Source of the DNA: Mobula hypostoma
Lineage: Eukaryota
NCBI RefSeq assembly: GCF_963921235.1
Contig: NC_086108.1
Span: 21,018,001 to 21,082,000, forward strand
Length of the DNA stretch: 64,000 nt
Direction: 5' to 3'
Part shown: positions 63,971-64,000 of the stretch, piece by piece
Layout of the letters: every line of letters starts with the position of its first letter
Position numbering within the stretch: the first letter of the stretch is position 1
Notes under the pieces: model-generated
What the model was told of the DNA's origin: nothing
The model's database searches: none
Seen by the model: only the letters and a program-made list of their open reading frames with translations
Position numbers and translations under genes: made by a program

Positions 63971-64000
63971 ATACTCTACTTCTCACGTTGTATGTTAATG

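Noticed and set aside
1..64000. CRISPR arrays, prokaryotic operons or defence systems
   Set aside because: The sequence is vertebrate repeat-rich DNA; no regularly spaced repeat-spacer array or bacterial gene organisation was seen.

Overview
Repeat-saturated vertebrate intronic/intergenic DNA, most likely from a cartilaginous fish. That assignment is inferred from the mix of CR1 LINEs with 8-nt tail repeats, Penelope-derived repeats and Rex1-like fragments. No host protein-coding gene could be confidently identified, and the long ORFs are transposon-derived or antisense shadows of transposon ORFs. Retroelements: at least eight CR1 copies; a near-intact full-length L1-clade LINE with a perfect 16-bp TSD and a GC-rich, stem-rich inter-ORF spacer; a retroviral env remnant plus 3' LTR; a solo LTR; a very decayed Ty3/gypsy pol; two tRNA-derived SINEs with a shared head and different tails; and a LINE that begins with a tRNA-like Pol III head. 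DNA transposons: a hAT deletion derivative inside the retroviral LTR, a non-autonomous Helitron, a Tigger/pogo derivative, three near-full Tc1 elements and a Harbinger derivative that sits in a four-level nest. One Tc1 is a Sleeping Beauty-like element whose left end has been replaced by an inverted copy of its right end. Several Penelope-like remnants carry minimal type I hammerhead ribozyme motifs, two with an intact catalytic core. All calls are by-eye motif recognition without database searches, and boundaries without a TSD or TIR are approximate.
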